Below are positions 9,540 to 19,760 of a stretch of DNA of 56,485 bases, piece after piece. The notes beneath the pieces are model-generated. The model was not told the origin of the DNA and did not search any database. It saw only the letters and a list, made by a program, of their open reading frames with translations. Source of the stretch: a virus (Duplodnaviria > Caudoviricetes); IMG/VR virus record IMGVR_UViG_3300011440_000004, positions 1-56,485 of that record; one strand, written 5' to 3'. Positions within the stretch are counted from its first letter, which is position 1, and every line of letters starts with the position of its first letter. The translations under genes and the position numbers were made by a program.

Positions 9540-11161
9540 CCCGGCCGCCGATTGAAGTCGACGACGAACAGCGGGTCGCCTTCGGGGTTCTCCAACGACA
9601 ACGCGACGGCACGGTACGACGTCGGGGTGCCGGCCCGGTTCGGGACGGTGGCGAACTCGCCGACGAGCACGTCGACGAACGGGATGTCGGCGCCGAGCGG
9701 TTCGATCTGCGCGGTGGCCGATTCGTCGTTCGACCCGACCTCGTCGAGCGCAGCCTCACCTTTGCGGGCGGCCTCGTCGACCGATGATGCGTCGACCGTG
9801 AGGTAGCCCTCGTGCAACCCGTTGGCGGTGATCGACGCCGCGTCGTCGACGAGGGTGTACGAGCCGGGGTAGCGCACGAGCAGACTGTTGCGGATCGGGT
9901 GCGCGTCGACGTGATGCAGCTCGGCGATGTTGCCTGGGGTGTCGTCGTCGGGGGCGGCGAAGTAGGTGACGCCCGAGCTCGTCGTCAAGCCGCCTTTGTT
10001 CCACATGTCGAGACGGAATACGTCGCCCGCCATGCGCCAGTCGATCCACCCCTCACGCTCCAGTTGCTGCACGACCCGCAACAGGCTGTCGCCCATCGGC
10101 ACCGACAGCAGCGGGATCGTCGCCCATGCGACCGACGCGGTGTCGTTGACGTCGTCGAACCCTTCGGCGAGACCGCCGAGCACGCCACGCGTCGCGCCCT
10201 CGGCGCGCAACACACCGATGATCTGCCCGGCGGTCCATCCGGGTTCGACGGTCGGGTAGGCGAGCGTCAACCACGAGTCGTCCGACACGAGCAGCACGGT
10301 GTCGGGCAGACCACCGGCGTCCATCGTGAACATCGCGAACAGCAGACCGGCCGGGTTGGGGTTGATGCCGTCGCCGGGCAGGTTCTCGACCTTGGCGGCG
10401 AACACGTGGTCGCCTGTCGACAGTTCGACCTCGTAGCGTTGCTTGTCACGCCAGCACGCCGGGTTGGTGGTGTCGGCTTTGATCGGGGTGCCGTCGAGAT
10501 ACAGCGTGTAGAAGTTGTCGGCGGTGACCTCGATGGCGACGAGCACCGGCCCAGCCGCGTTGTAGGTGCGCCGGAAGTAGCACACGCCCTCGTCGTCGGT
10601 GCCGTCACCCCATATCCACTCAGCGGTCGGCACCGACCAGTTCGCCGGAGCCGGCACCGTGTTACCGAACGCGTCGTACGAGAACCGGTCAGGGTTGAAC
10701 GTGCCCTGCTCGCCGTGCGACGTCGCCGCGACCCATCCGTCGGCCTCGTTGGGATAGTCGTACGACGCGAAACTGAAGATGCGGTAGTCCGGCGCCGGCC
10801 GAGACGTCAGCGGTGCCGACGGGAACGTGACGGCGCGTTCCATGACGCACGCCCAGCCGCGCCCAGCCAACTGCACGAACAGGCCGACCTCTTCGTCGGG
10901 CGACACCGACATGGCGTCGCGGTCCTCGATCGTCCACGTGAAGATGGCGACGCCGTCGACTTTGACTTGGATGTGATGGCCTATCGGGAACGCGGCGAGA
11001 ATCGCGGCGACGGTCGTCGCCGGGTCGATCGACAACTGCCCCGACCCTGGCCCGTTGAACACCGCCTGACAGCGTTCGTCGAACACGCCGGCGACGTTGG
11101 CGGTGACGACCGACTCGGCCTGGTCGAGCAGGTCGAACGTGACGCGTGCGGTCCACGGCAT
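9536..11161 (-). CDS. Minor tail protein (Tal/hub-like, with lectin-like insertion)
   Basis: Second gene after the tape measure; AEWIW...YFRRT...TADN...NPAGLL carbohydrate-binding-like module. Confidence 0.7.
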   Translation of the reverse strand: MPWTARVTFDLLDQAESVVTANVAGVFDERCQAVFNGPGSGQLSIDPATTVAAILAAFPIGHHIQVKVDGVAIFTWTIEDRDAMSVSPDEEVGLFVQLAGRGWACVMERAVTFPSAPLTSRPAPDYRIFSFASYDYPNEADGWVAATSHGEQGTFNPDRFSYDAFGNTVPAPANWSVPTAEWIWGDGTDDEGVCYFRRTYNAAGPVLVAIEVTADNFYTLYLDGTPIKADTTNPACWRDKQRYEVELSTGDHVFAAKVENLPGDGINPNPAGLLFAMFTMDAGGLPDTVLLVSDDSWLTLAYPTVEPGWTAGQIIGVLRAEGATRGVLGGLAEGFDDVNDTASVAWATIPLLSVPMGDSLLRVVQQLEREGWIDWRMAGDVFRLDMWNKGGLTTSSGVTYFAAPDDDTPGNIAELHHVDAHPIRNSLLVRYPGSYTLVDDAASITANGLHEGYLTVDASSVDEAARKGEAALDEVGSNDESATAQIEPLGADIPFVDVLVGEFATVPNRAGTPTSYRAVALSLENPEGDPLFVVDFNRRPG

Positions 11162-11667
11162 CAGTCGAACCGGCCGTCGATGGTGAGCGCGAGCACGCAG
11201 ATGCAACGCGCGACCGTCGGCACACCGCCGATGACTCGGCCGCCGCGCAGGTCACCGACCCTCAGATCGCATTGGACGTCGGCGGTGCGTGGCGTGCCGC
11301 CGCCACCGGGCCGGGCGAGCGACGCCGCGACCGACACCGCGCCGGTCACGGTTGGCTCGACGAGACCGGCCCGCAACGTCTCCAAGTTGAGTTGCAGCCC
11401 GAGCATCGCGTTGGCTTGCACGGCGCCGGCCGGGTCGAAGTGGCCGATGACGAGCAGCGGGATCAACGCCGGCGACTCGTCGTACCGCTTGCGCTTGAAC
11501 CGCACACCCGGGGTCCCGGAGACGCGCCGGTTGGCGCCGCGCTGGGCGGCGTCGACCCACAGCATCGACAGGTCGGGGGTGTCCCACGCCGGCCCCGACA
11601 GCACGATCGAGTTGACGGTGAGGATGCCGGTTCGGCCGGTGGCGGTGAGCGGGGCAGGTGTCGACAT
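11161..11667 (-). CDS. Distal tail (Dit-like) protein
   Basis: Immediately after the tape measure; RGANRRVSGTPG motif. Confidence 0.6.
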   Translation of the reverse strand: MSTPAPLTATGRTGILTVNSIVLSGPAWDTPDLSMLWVDAAQRGANRRVSGTPGVRFKRKRYDESPALIPLLVIGHFDPAGAVQANAMLGLQLNLETLRAGLVEPTVTGAVSVAASLARPGGGGTPRTADVQCDLRVGDLRGGRVIGGVPTVARCICVLALTIDGRFD

Positions 11668-11676
11668 CGGGCCTCG

Positions 11677-14600
11677 TTACGAGTAGAGCAGTTCGATGGT
11701 GCGCAGTTCGTCGGAGATGGCGCGCGCGGTGCGCCGATCCGACTCGGATCGGCCGACATGGAAGACGTGCCCGCCCTGGCTTCGGCCGCGGGCGATGGCT
11801 TGCAGTCCTTCGATGACACCGTTGGGGAGCGGGACGACGCCCTCTTGGCGGCCGGCTTCGGAGATGATCGCGGGGACGCCGCCGACGGTCGGCGGGAACA
11901 GCGCACCCTTGGCGAGCTTCAGGAAGTTCCACGGGTTGTTCGGCAGGTTGATGTCGACGGGGCCGGGCAGGTCGATCTTGTTCGGCGTCGACTTGTTGAG
12001 CACGTCGACGAACCCTGACCACACGTCGGCGAACACCTGCAGCAGTGCGCCGGTGAGGTCGACGGCGAGCGCGCCGACGTTGGTGAGGCCGTCGATGAAC
12101 CCGTCGAGGATGGCTTTGCCGATGTCGAGACCCAACGTGGCGAGGTCGGCGAGCAGGCCGACGACGCGGCCGGGCAGTTTGCGGATGGCGTCGACGACGT
12201 CGTCGATGACGTCGCCGGCGATGCGCGACAGGACGCGGAACGTGTCGCCGCCGAGGCCGGCGAGCACGGCGGCGAGACCGATGAACGCGCCGGGAATCTC
12301 GGTGATGAGACGCGTGAAGGTGGCCACGATGTCGGTGATGAACTGGCCGAGCGCGCCGAGCACGAGACCGGGCAGCCCGAGGAAGAACCCGACGATGGCG
12401 TTGATGAGGTCGGGGATGATCGAGTTGCCGACGAGGGTGTTGAACAGTCCGGTGAACAGCCCGACGATGGTCTCGACGAACGTCGCGATGGCGGTGATGA
12501 CCGGCACAAGCGCCTCGGTCAAGAACGCGAGCGCCTGCGCGATGGCGAGGATGATCGGCGCCAGACCGGCGTCGACGATCAGACCGATGAGCTGCGCGAG
12601 CGGCACGAGCAGCGGGGCGATCGCGGCGAGGAGGTCGGCGAGCGCGACGGCGATCGGCAACAGGGCGTCGAGCAGGTCGGGCAGCACCGGCAGCAGCTCG
12701 TCGAGAATCTCGGCGGCGAGGTTGACGATGACGTCGACGACCGGGGCGAGCGCCTCGATGAGACGCACCACGACCGGGGCGAGTTTCGAGATGACGGCCG
12801 ACAGTTGACCGACGAGCTTGCCGGCGAGCAGCGCGATCGGGGGCACCAACTTCAGCAGCACCGGCGCGAGCTGCTTGAGCAGGTTGGCGATGACGGGCAG
12901 CACCGCGGCGAGGATGTCGCCGATCGCGGTCGCCAATGCGACGACGGCGGGGGCGAGGTCGATGAGGGCGTCGGCGAGCACGCCGGCGAGCAGCGTCGCC
13001 AGCTGCCCGACGAACGGCAAGATGTCGGCGATGGCGCCGGCGATGATCGGCAGCACCGTCGCCAGGGCGCCGCCGAGAACGCCGGCGAGGTCCGCGACGA
13101 CGGGCAGCAGCTCGGCGAACAGGTTGGCGATGATCGGCAGAATGTCGGCGAACGTGCCGGCGAGGGTCTCGGCGATGGAGCCGATGATCGGGGCGAGCTC
13201 GGTGAGCAGCCCACCGAACGTCGACACGGTGTCTGACAGGGCGCCGCCGAGCACGTCGACGATCGTCGCGATGACCGGCGCGAGGGCCTCGACGAGCCCA
13301 CCGAAGATCGTGCCGATGGTCGCGAGGGTCGGCGCGATCGCGGCGATGAGCCCGCCGATGGTCGGCCCGATCGTCGAGAACAGACCGACGACGGTCTCGA
13401 CGACGGGGCCGACAATGCCGATGAGCGACGAGATGAGCGGGGCGAGCTGCCCGAAGGCGTTGGTGACGACCGGCAGGATGTCGACGAGCGACGCCATCAG
13501 CGTCTCGCCGAGACCGGACACGAGCGGCATGATCTGCCCGAGCAGGTCGACGACGATCGGCAGGGCCTGCGCGAGTATCCCGGCGAACGCCTCGGCGACC
13601 GTGAGGATGATCGGCGCGAGCGTGGCGAAGATGTCGGTGATGGTCTGCACCCGCCCGGTCAGCAGATCACCGAGCAGCGCGGCGACGGTCGCGATGGTCG
13701 GCGCGAGTTCGGTGAACAGGTCGGCGATGATGGTCAGCCCGCCAGCGAGGAACCCGCCGAGTGCGGCACCGAGCTCGGCGAGGATCGGACCGATGGTCTC
13801 GAACACGGTGGCGATGACCGGGCCGACCTCGGCGAAGATGGTCGACAACACGCCGAGCAGCTGCCCCAGGATCGGCGCGGCGATGGCGACGACGTCGGTC
13901 AGTACGCCGGCGACGATGTCGATGATGCCGCCGATGACCGGCGCGAGCGATTCGACGAACACCCCGAACTGGAGGGCGAGGGCCTGCAGTTGTGGGGCGA
14001 CGGCGGCGATGATGCCGGCGAGCGGTGCGAGCAGGTCGGCGAACCCGCCTGCCAATGTGTCGAGCACGGGCCCGAGCGACGTCAACAGGGTCGACCCGAC
14101 GGTCGCGATGACGTCGATGACCGGGGCGATGGCGGCGACGATCGCGCCGATCGCGGTGGCGACGGGGCCGGCGAACGCGGTGATGAGCGCGCCGGCGAGC
14201 TCCAGCAGCGGCAGAGCGGCGGCGACGACGTCGACGAACACCGGTGCGAGCGCCGACACCACCGGCAGGATCGCGGAGATGGCGACGGTGACGGCGTCGA
14301 CGAGCGGGCCGACCAATGACGCGAGCGGCGCGAGCGCCGGGGCGAGGGCGTCGGCGAGACCGCCGATGGCGGGCACGATGGTGTCGTTGATCGCGGAGAC
14401 GAACTCCAACGCGATCGGCACGAGCGCCTGGCCGACGTCGGCTTTCAGGTTGGCGAACGACGCGGCGAGAATCTTGAGCTGGTTGGGCAGCGAGATGCCG
14501 GCGGTGCGGGCGAAGTCGCCCTGCGCCAGATTGGTTTGCTCCAGGATCAGCGCGTACGCGGCCTGAGCCTTCTGCGCGGCGTCGAGAGCGGCGGGCATCT

Positions 14601-15321
14601 TGCCTTCGAGGACCTCGGCGAGACCGGCGTTGGCCTGCTCCAGATCGAACGCGGCGCGGCGTGCCTGCTCGGAGTCGGGGCCGAACTCGCGAGTCGCTTT
14701 GTTGTGCGCCTGCTGCAACCGGTTGATCTTCTCGGTGGCCTTGGCCAGGTCCTCTTGGGCGACGGTCGACGTGACGAGTCCGAGCTCCAACGCCTTCGCG
14801 CGCAGGGTGGCCTCGTTGAGGTTGACACCGAACCGCTTGAGTGGTTCGGTCTCGCCGACCAGGCCCGACCGGATGGCCTCCAACGCCTCGTCGATCGACA
14901 CGTTGTTGAACGACCCGAGGTCGGCGCCGAGCTCGACGAGCGCGGTCGACATGCCGGCGGCGGCCTGCTCGCCGATGCCGACCGATCGCAGCAGGTTCCC
15001 GAGGGTGCCGGCGAAGCCGAGGGCCTGGGCTTGCGCGATGCCGAGCGACGCACCGGCGGTCTCGGCGAACTGCTTGACATGCTCGCCGGCCTGGCCGAAC
15101 ACGATGCCGACCTTTGACGACGCCTCGCCGAGGTCGGATGCTTCGGAGATGGCGCCCGAGATGAACTTGGCGACGCCCGCGGCGGCGAACGCGGTGCCGA
15201 ACGCAAACGCGGCCTTCTTGGCGAGCCCGCCCATGGCCGAGGTGACGTCACGCTCGGCGTCTTTACCGAACCCCTTGGCATCCGGGCGCAGCTCAATCTC
15301 GGCCTTGCCGACGATTGCCAT
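11677..15321 (-). CDS. Tape measure protein
   Basis: 1214 aa, Ala/Leu-rich helical repeats, ADLGSFNN...IRSGLVGETEPLKRFG; follows the chaperone pair. Confidence 0.92.
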   Translation of the reverse strand: MAIVGKAEIELRPDAKGFGKDAERDVTSAMGGLAKKAAFAFGTAFAAAGVAKFISGAISEASDLGEASSKVGIVFGQAGEHVKQFAETAGASLGIAQAQALGFAGTLGNLLRSVGIGEQAAAGMSTALVELGADLGSFNNVSIDEALEAIRSGLVGETEPLKRFGVNLNEATLRAKALELGLVTSTVAQEDLAKATEKINRLQQAHNKATREFGPDSEQARRAAFDLEQANAGLAEVLEGKMPAALDAAQKAQAAYALILEQTNLAQGDFARTAGISLPNQLKILAASFANLKADVGQALVPIALEFVSAINDTIVPAIGGLADALAPALAPLASLVGPLVDAVTVAISAILPVVSALAPVFVDVVAAALPLLELAGALITAFAGPVATAIGAIVAAIAPVIDVIATVGSTLLTSLGPVLDTLAGGFADLLAPLAGIIAAVAPQLQALALQFGVFVESLAPVIGGIIDIVAGVLTDVVAIAAPILGQLLGVLSTIFAEVGPVIATVFETIGPILAELGAALGGFLAGGLTIIADLFTELAPTIATVAALLGDLLTGRVQTITDIFATLAPIILTVAEAFAGILAQALPIVVDLLGQIMPLVSGLGETLMASLVDILPVVTNAFGQLAPLISSLIGIVGPVVETVVGLFSTIGPTIGGLIAAIAPTLATIGTIFGGLVEALAPVIATIVDVLGGALSDTVSTFGGLLTELAPIIGSIAETLAGTFADILPIIANLFAELLPVVADLAGVLGGALATVLPIIAGAIADILPFVGQLATLLAGVLADALIDLAPAVVALATAIGDILAAVLPVIANLLKQLAPVLLKLVPPIALLAGKLVGQLSAVISKLAPVVVRLIEALAPVVDVIVNLAAEILDELLPVLPDLLDALLPIAVALADLLAAIAPLLVPLAQLIGLIVDAGLAPIILAIAQALAFLTEALVPVITAIATFVETIVGLFTGLFNTLVGNSIIPDLINAIVGFFLGLPGLVLGALGQFITDIVATFTRLITEIPGAFIGLAAVLAGLGGDTFRVLSRIAGDVIDDVVDAIRKLPGRVVGLLADLATLGLDIGKAILDGFIDGLTNVGALAVDLTGALLQVFADVWSGFVDVLNKSTPNKIDLPGPVDINLPNNPWNFLKLAKGALFPPTVGGVPAIISEAGRQEGVVPLPNGVIEGLQAIARGRSQGGHVFHVGRSESDRRTARAISDELRTIELLYS

Positions 15322-15330
15322 GCGCGCAGG

Positions 15331-15663
15331 CTAATCCACGCCCGTCGGCGCGGTGCGGGGTGGTCGCACCATCGCCGGGCCGGCCGGCGCGTACCGTCGT
15401 TCCATCTCGGCGAGGTTCGCCTCGTCGTCGGGTGTCATACCCCAGTCGGCTTCGGTCAGCCAGAACGGTTGGCGGATGTGCTTGGTGATCCGGTCGACCG
15501 CACCGTCACCGTACGCGGCGCAGGCGTGCACGAGGATGAGGTCGATGGCGTCACACGCGGGCCACTCGCCGAGCGGTCGCAGACCGAGCACGAGATGGCG
15601 GCCGCGGATGAACGAGGCGTAAGCCGTAGCCCACCACCACAGGTGACCTACGGCGTGGTAGGG
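15331..15663 (-). CDS. Tail assembly chaperone, C-terminal (T) frame reached by -1 frameshift
   Basis: The -1 frame is open from CCC-TAC (15663-15658): PYHAVGHLWWW... Confidence 0.65.
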   Translation of the reverse strand, partial: PYHAVGHLWWWATAYASFIRGRHLVLGLRPLGEWPACDAIDLILVHACAAYGDGAVDRITKHIRQPFWLTEADWGMTPDDEANLAEMERRYAPAGPAMVRPPRTAPTGVD

Positions 15664-16058
15664 CGCGCCGTGTCACCGTCGCCGGTCATCGCGCCGACGA
15701 GGAACAGCACCAACGCCGAGACGTAGTCACGCCCGACCGCACGATGCGGGTCTGCGAGCATCGACGCCAGCTTGGTGCGGTCCTCCTCGACGACGGCCTT
15801 GAGCAGGAACCGGGAGATGTCGACACCACCCGAGATGGTGATGTTGCCGGCGTTGTCGACACCGACGCCGGCGATCACGACGTTGAGCTCGGACCACGGC
15901 ACGGTGTGCATGAACTTGACGGTCTCGGTCCACGTCGCCGTCTTCCAGTCGAACCCCTCGTCGGAGCCGGGTGGCTTCGACTGATACCACCCCTCGAACT
16001 CGACCTCGTGCGGGTCGACGTTGGCGGGACGGGCGACGGTGATCTTGGTCTTGGCCAT
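15648..16058 (-). CDS. Tail assembly chaperone (G)
   Basis: AGGAG RBS; ends RPTTP with CGC-CCT-ACC slippery site; upstream of the tape measure. Confidence 0.75.
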   Translation of the reverse strand: MAKTKITVARPANVDPHEVEFEGWYQSKPPGSDEGFDWKTATWTETVKFMHTVPWSELNVVIAGVGVDNAGNITISGGVDISRFLLKAVVEEDRTKLASMLADPHRAVGRDYVSALVLFLVGAMTGDGDTARPTTP

Positions 16059-16073
16059 GGTTGCGGTGTCTCC

Positions 16074-16523
16074 TCAGAGGTCTCGGAACGAGTCCGTCAG
16101 GTATCGGTTCGGCGCGGTGCCGGGGTGTCTCACCCGCAGCGTACGCCGAACCCGCCCGCCAGTGTAGAACACGAGCAGCGGAGCGCGCCGAGCCCGGATC
16201 GTGTGCGGTCTCGTACCCTCGTGATGGGGGAGCGCGACCTCGTCGTCGGAGCCGACGATCACGAGCGGACCCCTGCCGTCAGTGGCGACACGTTTGACGA
16301 TCGAGTCGCGCAGCGTGCCGGGCCGGCGGCGCATCATCCGACGCGACGCGAACGGGTCGCCCGGTTCGGGCCGGTACACACCGACACGCCGGCGCGCCCC
16401 CTGCTTGATGACCTCGCCCTTGACGACGAGCATGCGGAACACGTCGCCACCCGGTTCTCGGATGTACTTCGCGAGGGCGACCGGGTCGATGATGACGCGG
16501 GCCCCGAACTCGGCGAGCGGCAT
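16074..16523 (-). CDS. HK97 gp10-like neck/tail-completion protein
   Basis: GTLRDSI...HHEGTRPHTI...VRHPGT.PNRYL motif. Confidence 0.75.
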   Translation of the reverse strand: MPLAEFGARVIIDPVALAKYIREPGGDVFRMLVVKGEVIKQGARRRVGVYRPEPGDPFASRRMMRRRPGTLRDSIVKRVATDGRGPLVIVGSDDEVALPHHEGTRPHTIRARRAPLLVFYTGGRVRRTLRVRHPGTAPNRYLTDSFRDL

Positions 16524-16526
16524 CGG

Positions 16527-17024
16527 TCACTCCAACGACAACAGGACCCGCACGACGCCACCACCGAGCAGCCCGTCGGGGGTGACCGACTCCCACGATC
16601 CGAACGCCATGGCACCACACCCGGGCAGCGTCTCGTCCTCGTGCGCGGCGATGAGCGCCTGCCAGATCAGAACCGGGTCGGCGAGGATCGCGGCGGTGGC
16701 GGCCTCCTCGTCGGCGACGGCCGGCGGGTTGCCTTGGGCGTCGCCATCGGGCAGACAGCGCAGGATGCAGATGGACAGCTCGGCGCCGCGGGTCATGTAG
16801 GCGGGGTCGGCGTAGAGCGTCGGGACGGTCTCGACCGTGACGTTGCCGTCGAACGGGAACACCCGCTCGACCCATATCACGAGCTCGTCGCAGTCGTAGG
16901 CGGGCAGACCCGGAGACCTCAGCCGACGCTCGGGCAGAGCGACGTCGAGGTCGGCGTAGTGCGCGACGATGACGTCACGCACCACGCCGCACAGCGCGAA
17001 GAGGTAGCCGGGGTCGATGTTCAC
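16527..17024 (-). CDS. Tail terminator-like protein
   Basis: PG.PAYDCDEL...ILRC...GGG pattern; position. Confidence 0.6.
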   Translation of the reverse strand: MNIDPGYLFALCGVVRDVIVAHYADLDVALPERRLRSPGLPAYDCDELVIWVERVFPFDGNVTVETVPTLYADPAYMTRGAELSICILRCLPDGDAQGNPPAVADEEAATAAILADPVLIWQALIAAHEDETLPGCGAMAFGSWESVTPDGLLGGGVVRVLLSLE

Positions 17025-17500
17025 AAGGGCGTGGCGTCGAACCGCTCGAACAGCTCGGCGGCCCCCTTGCGGCCACCGTCTTCGCGGGCGAGCTCGGCCT
17101 CGTGCGCCACCGCGGCGCGCGCGGCGTCGTCGCCGACCCATGCGGTCAGCTGGTCGAGGGTGAACTCGGTGCCCTTGTCGAACTCGAACGCGGCGACAGC
17201 ATCGGCGCGGGCGCGACGCTCGCGGTCGGCACGCTCGTCGTCGGTCTCGGTGTCGTCGGCTGCTGCGGCCGCGAACGCCTCGCCCGGGTCGGCGTCTTCG
17301 ACGCGCATCGCCCGGATCAGCTCGACGATGCGGGCGTCGGGTGCGGTCATCACGAGCTTGCGGTCGTCGTCGGAGACGTCGGACTCGTCGAACATGGCGA
17401 CGATGTCTTCGACCTCGCGGTCGTTGGCGCCGAGCAACCGCAGCCGGTCGAGGAACCCGGTCATTGGGTTGCGGATTTCAGGGGCAGAGCGGAATCCCAT
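17021..17500 (-). CDS. Hypothetical acidic protein
   Basis: C-terminal TLDQLTAWVGDD...AE...GRKG helical module. Confidence 0.6.
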   Translation of the reverse strand: MGFRSAPEIRNPMTGFLDRLRLLGANDREVEDIVAMFDESDVSDDDRKLVMTAPDARIVELIRAMRVEDADPGEAFAAAAADDTETDDERADRERRARADAVAAFEFDKGTEFTLDQLTAWVGDDAARAAVAHEAELAREDGGRKGAAELFERFDATPL

Positions 17501-18579
17501 CAGGTCGACCTTTCAAGTTGGACGATGAACTCGCCGGCTCGCCGGGAGGCGTTGCCGTCGAGATGAGCGTAGACGAACCCCGCGGCGGCCCGCCGCAAAC
17601 CTGCCGACGGGTCATCGTCGACGTAGGCGTCGAGGTCGATGGCACGCAGGGCGTCGGCGTCGTCGACCTGCCAGCCGGGGACGTGGCTCCAGAACCGCAG
17701 ACCATGTTCGACGTGGCGCCGATACCACGGTGCGTTGAGCGCCACGACCGGCCGGTCGAGGGCGGCCATCTCGTACATCAGCGATGTGTTGTCCGCGACG
17801 AGCACCGTGGCGTCGGCGAGGATGGCGTCCGCGTCGGCGACGACGTCGACGCCAGATCGAGCCCACACCGGCCCCAGGTGGCCCAGGAGACGAGGGTGGC
17901 CGTGGCCGACAACGTTCCACCCGGCCGCACGCCACGACGAACACAGGCCCCGCAGCGCCCATTCGTAGTGGCGCAGCGCCGATCCGGCCTCGGGGCACAA
18001 CGCGTTGGGCCAGTGGAACGTGACCGCGACCGATCTGTCGCCCCCAGCTCGGGCAGACGTGTCGCCGACCGGCAGGCGACACGTGTCGCTCGTCGACGAC
18101 GGTGACGCGTCGGATGTCACCACGGTGGACGCGTCGCGCACGACGTCGCCCGACGCGTCGTGTAGGACCTGGGCGAACCGGTCGAGCTTGGGGCATCCGA
18201 CCGCGACAGCCGCCACGCCCGGCCGGGCTCGACGCCACCGGTCGGCGACGGTCTCGGACGGGCAGACGTAGCCGACGACGCGCTCGGGATGGCGGGCGCC
18301 GCCACCCGAGTAGGCCTCGTGGTCGGCGCGGTCGACGTACACCTGGCCGGCGCCGTGCTCGACGTACACGAGCCGGCGGTGGTGAACGAGGCGGGCGACG
18401 TCTTGCCATGCGGCGACGACGGTGAGCCGGTCGGCGCGGTAGCGGTCTCGGGGGATGCGTTCACCCCAGCCGACGCCGTACGCCGAATAGAACTCGCCAC
18501 GGTCGGTCTCGGCGAGCGCGGCGTGGATCGGCGCGAGGTGCGCCGCGTAGTGCGGCATCGACGAGTAGAAGTCGATCAC
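17500..18579 (-). CDS. GT-B glycosyltransferase (CDP-glycerol glycerophosphotransferase-like)
   Basis: YVEHG, VGCPKLD, HGHPR, LVADNTSLMYEMAALDRPVV motifs. Confidence 0.7.
   Translation of the reverse strand: MIDFYSSMPHYAAHLAPIHAALAETDRGEFYSAYGVGWGERIPRDRYRADRLTVVAAWQDVARLVHHRRLVYVEHGAGQVYVDRADHEAYSGGGARHPERVVGYVCPSETVADRWRRARPGVAAVAVGCPKLDRFAQVLHDASGDVVRDASTVVTSDASPSSTSDTCRLPVGDTSARAGGDRSVAVTFHWPNALCPEAGSALRHYEWALRGLCSSWRAAGWNVVGHGHPRLLGHLGPVWARSGVDVVADADAILADATVLVADNTSLMYEMAALDRPVVALNAPWYRRHVEHGLRFWSHVPGWQVDDADALRAIDLDAYVDDDPSAGLRRAAAGFVYAHLDGNASRRAGEFIVQLERST
18032..18183. repeat. 24-bp-period GACGYGTC array B
   Basis: Units at 18056 GACGTGTC, 18080 CACGTGTC, 18104/18128/18152 GACGCGTC; degenerate flanks 18032 GATCTGTC and 18176 AACCGGTC. 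Confidence 0.85.
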
Positions 18580-19760
18580 CGGACGAGTTCGGTGAGCACG
18601 GCGCGCGCGACCGGGGGGCAGACGGCGTTGCCGATCAGACGCCACCGAGCTTCCTTGTTGCCGTGCAGTGCCGCCGGTGCGGCGGCGGGGAACGCCATCA
18701 GGATGCACCCCTGCTCCTCGGTGAGCGCGATCGGCTTGTCTGAGCCGGCCTCCTCAAACGGGACCGCGCCCGCTGATTGCGACCCGTCGTGATGGACGGG
18801 CGGCGATACGCGCGGGTCGGCACACACCGTCGTCGACGGGCGCGTGAGCGCCCACGACGCGTTCTCGGATCGAGTGAGGATCGTCGGCGCCGGTTCGCTC
18901 ATGTCTCGGGTCCCCGCCCGCGGTTGGTCGTTGGCGCTGAGAGACCAGCCCCACACGTTCTTACCCATCGCCGCGGCGGTGATCGTCGGGCACGGCCGCT
19001 CGTCGGGGTCGACCAGCGGCGCACCGTTCTGATGGCGGTCGAGCATCCATCGCCCTTCGCGCACGGCGGCGTCGACAGTGGCTCGCGCGCCCGACCCGCC
19101 GTCCATGCCGTGCCCCGACCCGGTCTCGGAATGGCCACGCAACGTCAGCGCAAGGCGATCGAGGAACCCCTTGCCGAGCGCTTCGGCCATCGACACCCAC
19201 GGCAGATGACCGAGCATGTCGGCGGGTTCGACCCGGGCGCGGCCCTTGCGGAACCGTTGATGCGTCAGCGGTGGCCGCATGACCGGACGGTCATGGTGGG
19301 CGAGCATGAACACCCGCAACCGGGTCTGCGGCACACCCATCGTCTCGGCCGAGACGGCGAACACTTCGGCGTGGTAGCCGACCTCACGCAGTCGGTGGGC
19401 TATCAACTCGTAGGCACCGCGGGCCTCGGGGACCTGCTCCAACGCCACCCACCGGGGTCGGGTCGCGAGCGCCCACACCAACGGCTGCCACACCAACTGG
19501 CCGCGCGGGTCGTCGAGACCTGCGCCCTTCCCGGCGCGCGACCACGACTGGCATGGCGGCGATCCGATCAGGCCGTCGATCCCAGCCCAATCCGACGGGT
19601 CGAGCGCGAGGATGTCGGCGCACGTCGTCGACCACCCCAACGCCTCGCGTGTCTTGGCGACGGCCGGTTCGTTGTCGATGCCGTGTTCGTCGATGCCGAG
19701 TTCGGCGCAGGCGAATCCCCATCCGATCCCGGAGAACAGATCGACGGCGTGGTCGGTCAC
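18576..19760 (-). CDS. DNA (cytosine-5)-methyltransferase
   Basis: DLFSGIG, GSPPCQSWS, LEQV, PQTRLRVF and IGNAV motifs. Confidence 0.9.
   Translation of the reverse strand: MTDHAVDLFSGIGWGFACAELGIDEHGIDNEPAVAKTREALGWSTTCADILALDPSDWAGIDGLIGSPPCQSWSRAGKGAGLDDPRGQLVWQPLVWALATRPRWVALEQVPEARGAYELIAHRLREVGYHAEVFAVSAETMGVPQTRLRVFMLAHHDRPVMRPPLTHQRFRKGRARVEPADMLGHLPWVSMAEALGKGFLDRLALTLRGHSETGSGHGMDGGSGARATVDAAVREGRWMLDRHQNGAPLVDPDERPCPTITAAAMGKNVWGWSLSANDQPRAGTRDMSEPAPTILTRSENASWALTRPSTTVCADPRVSPPVHHDGSQSAGAVPFEEAGSDKPIALTEEQGCILMAFPAAAPAALHGNKEARWRLIGNAVCPPVARAVLTELVR

Noticed and set aside
18032-18183. CRISPR array
   Set aside because: The 8-bp repeat and 16-nt spacers are too short, there are no cas genes, and it lies in-frame in a CDS; reported as a different repeat type
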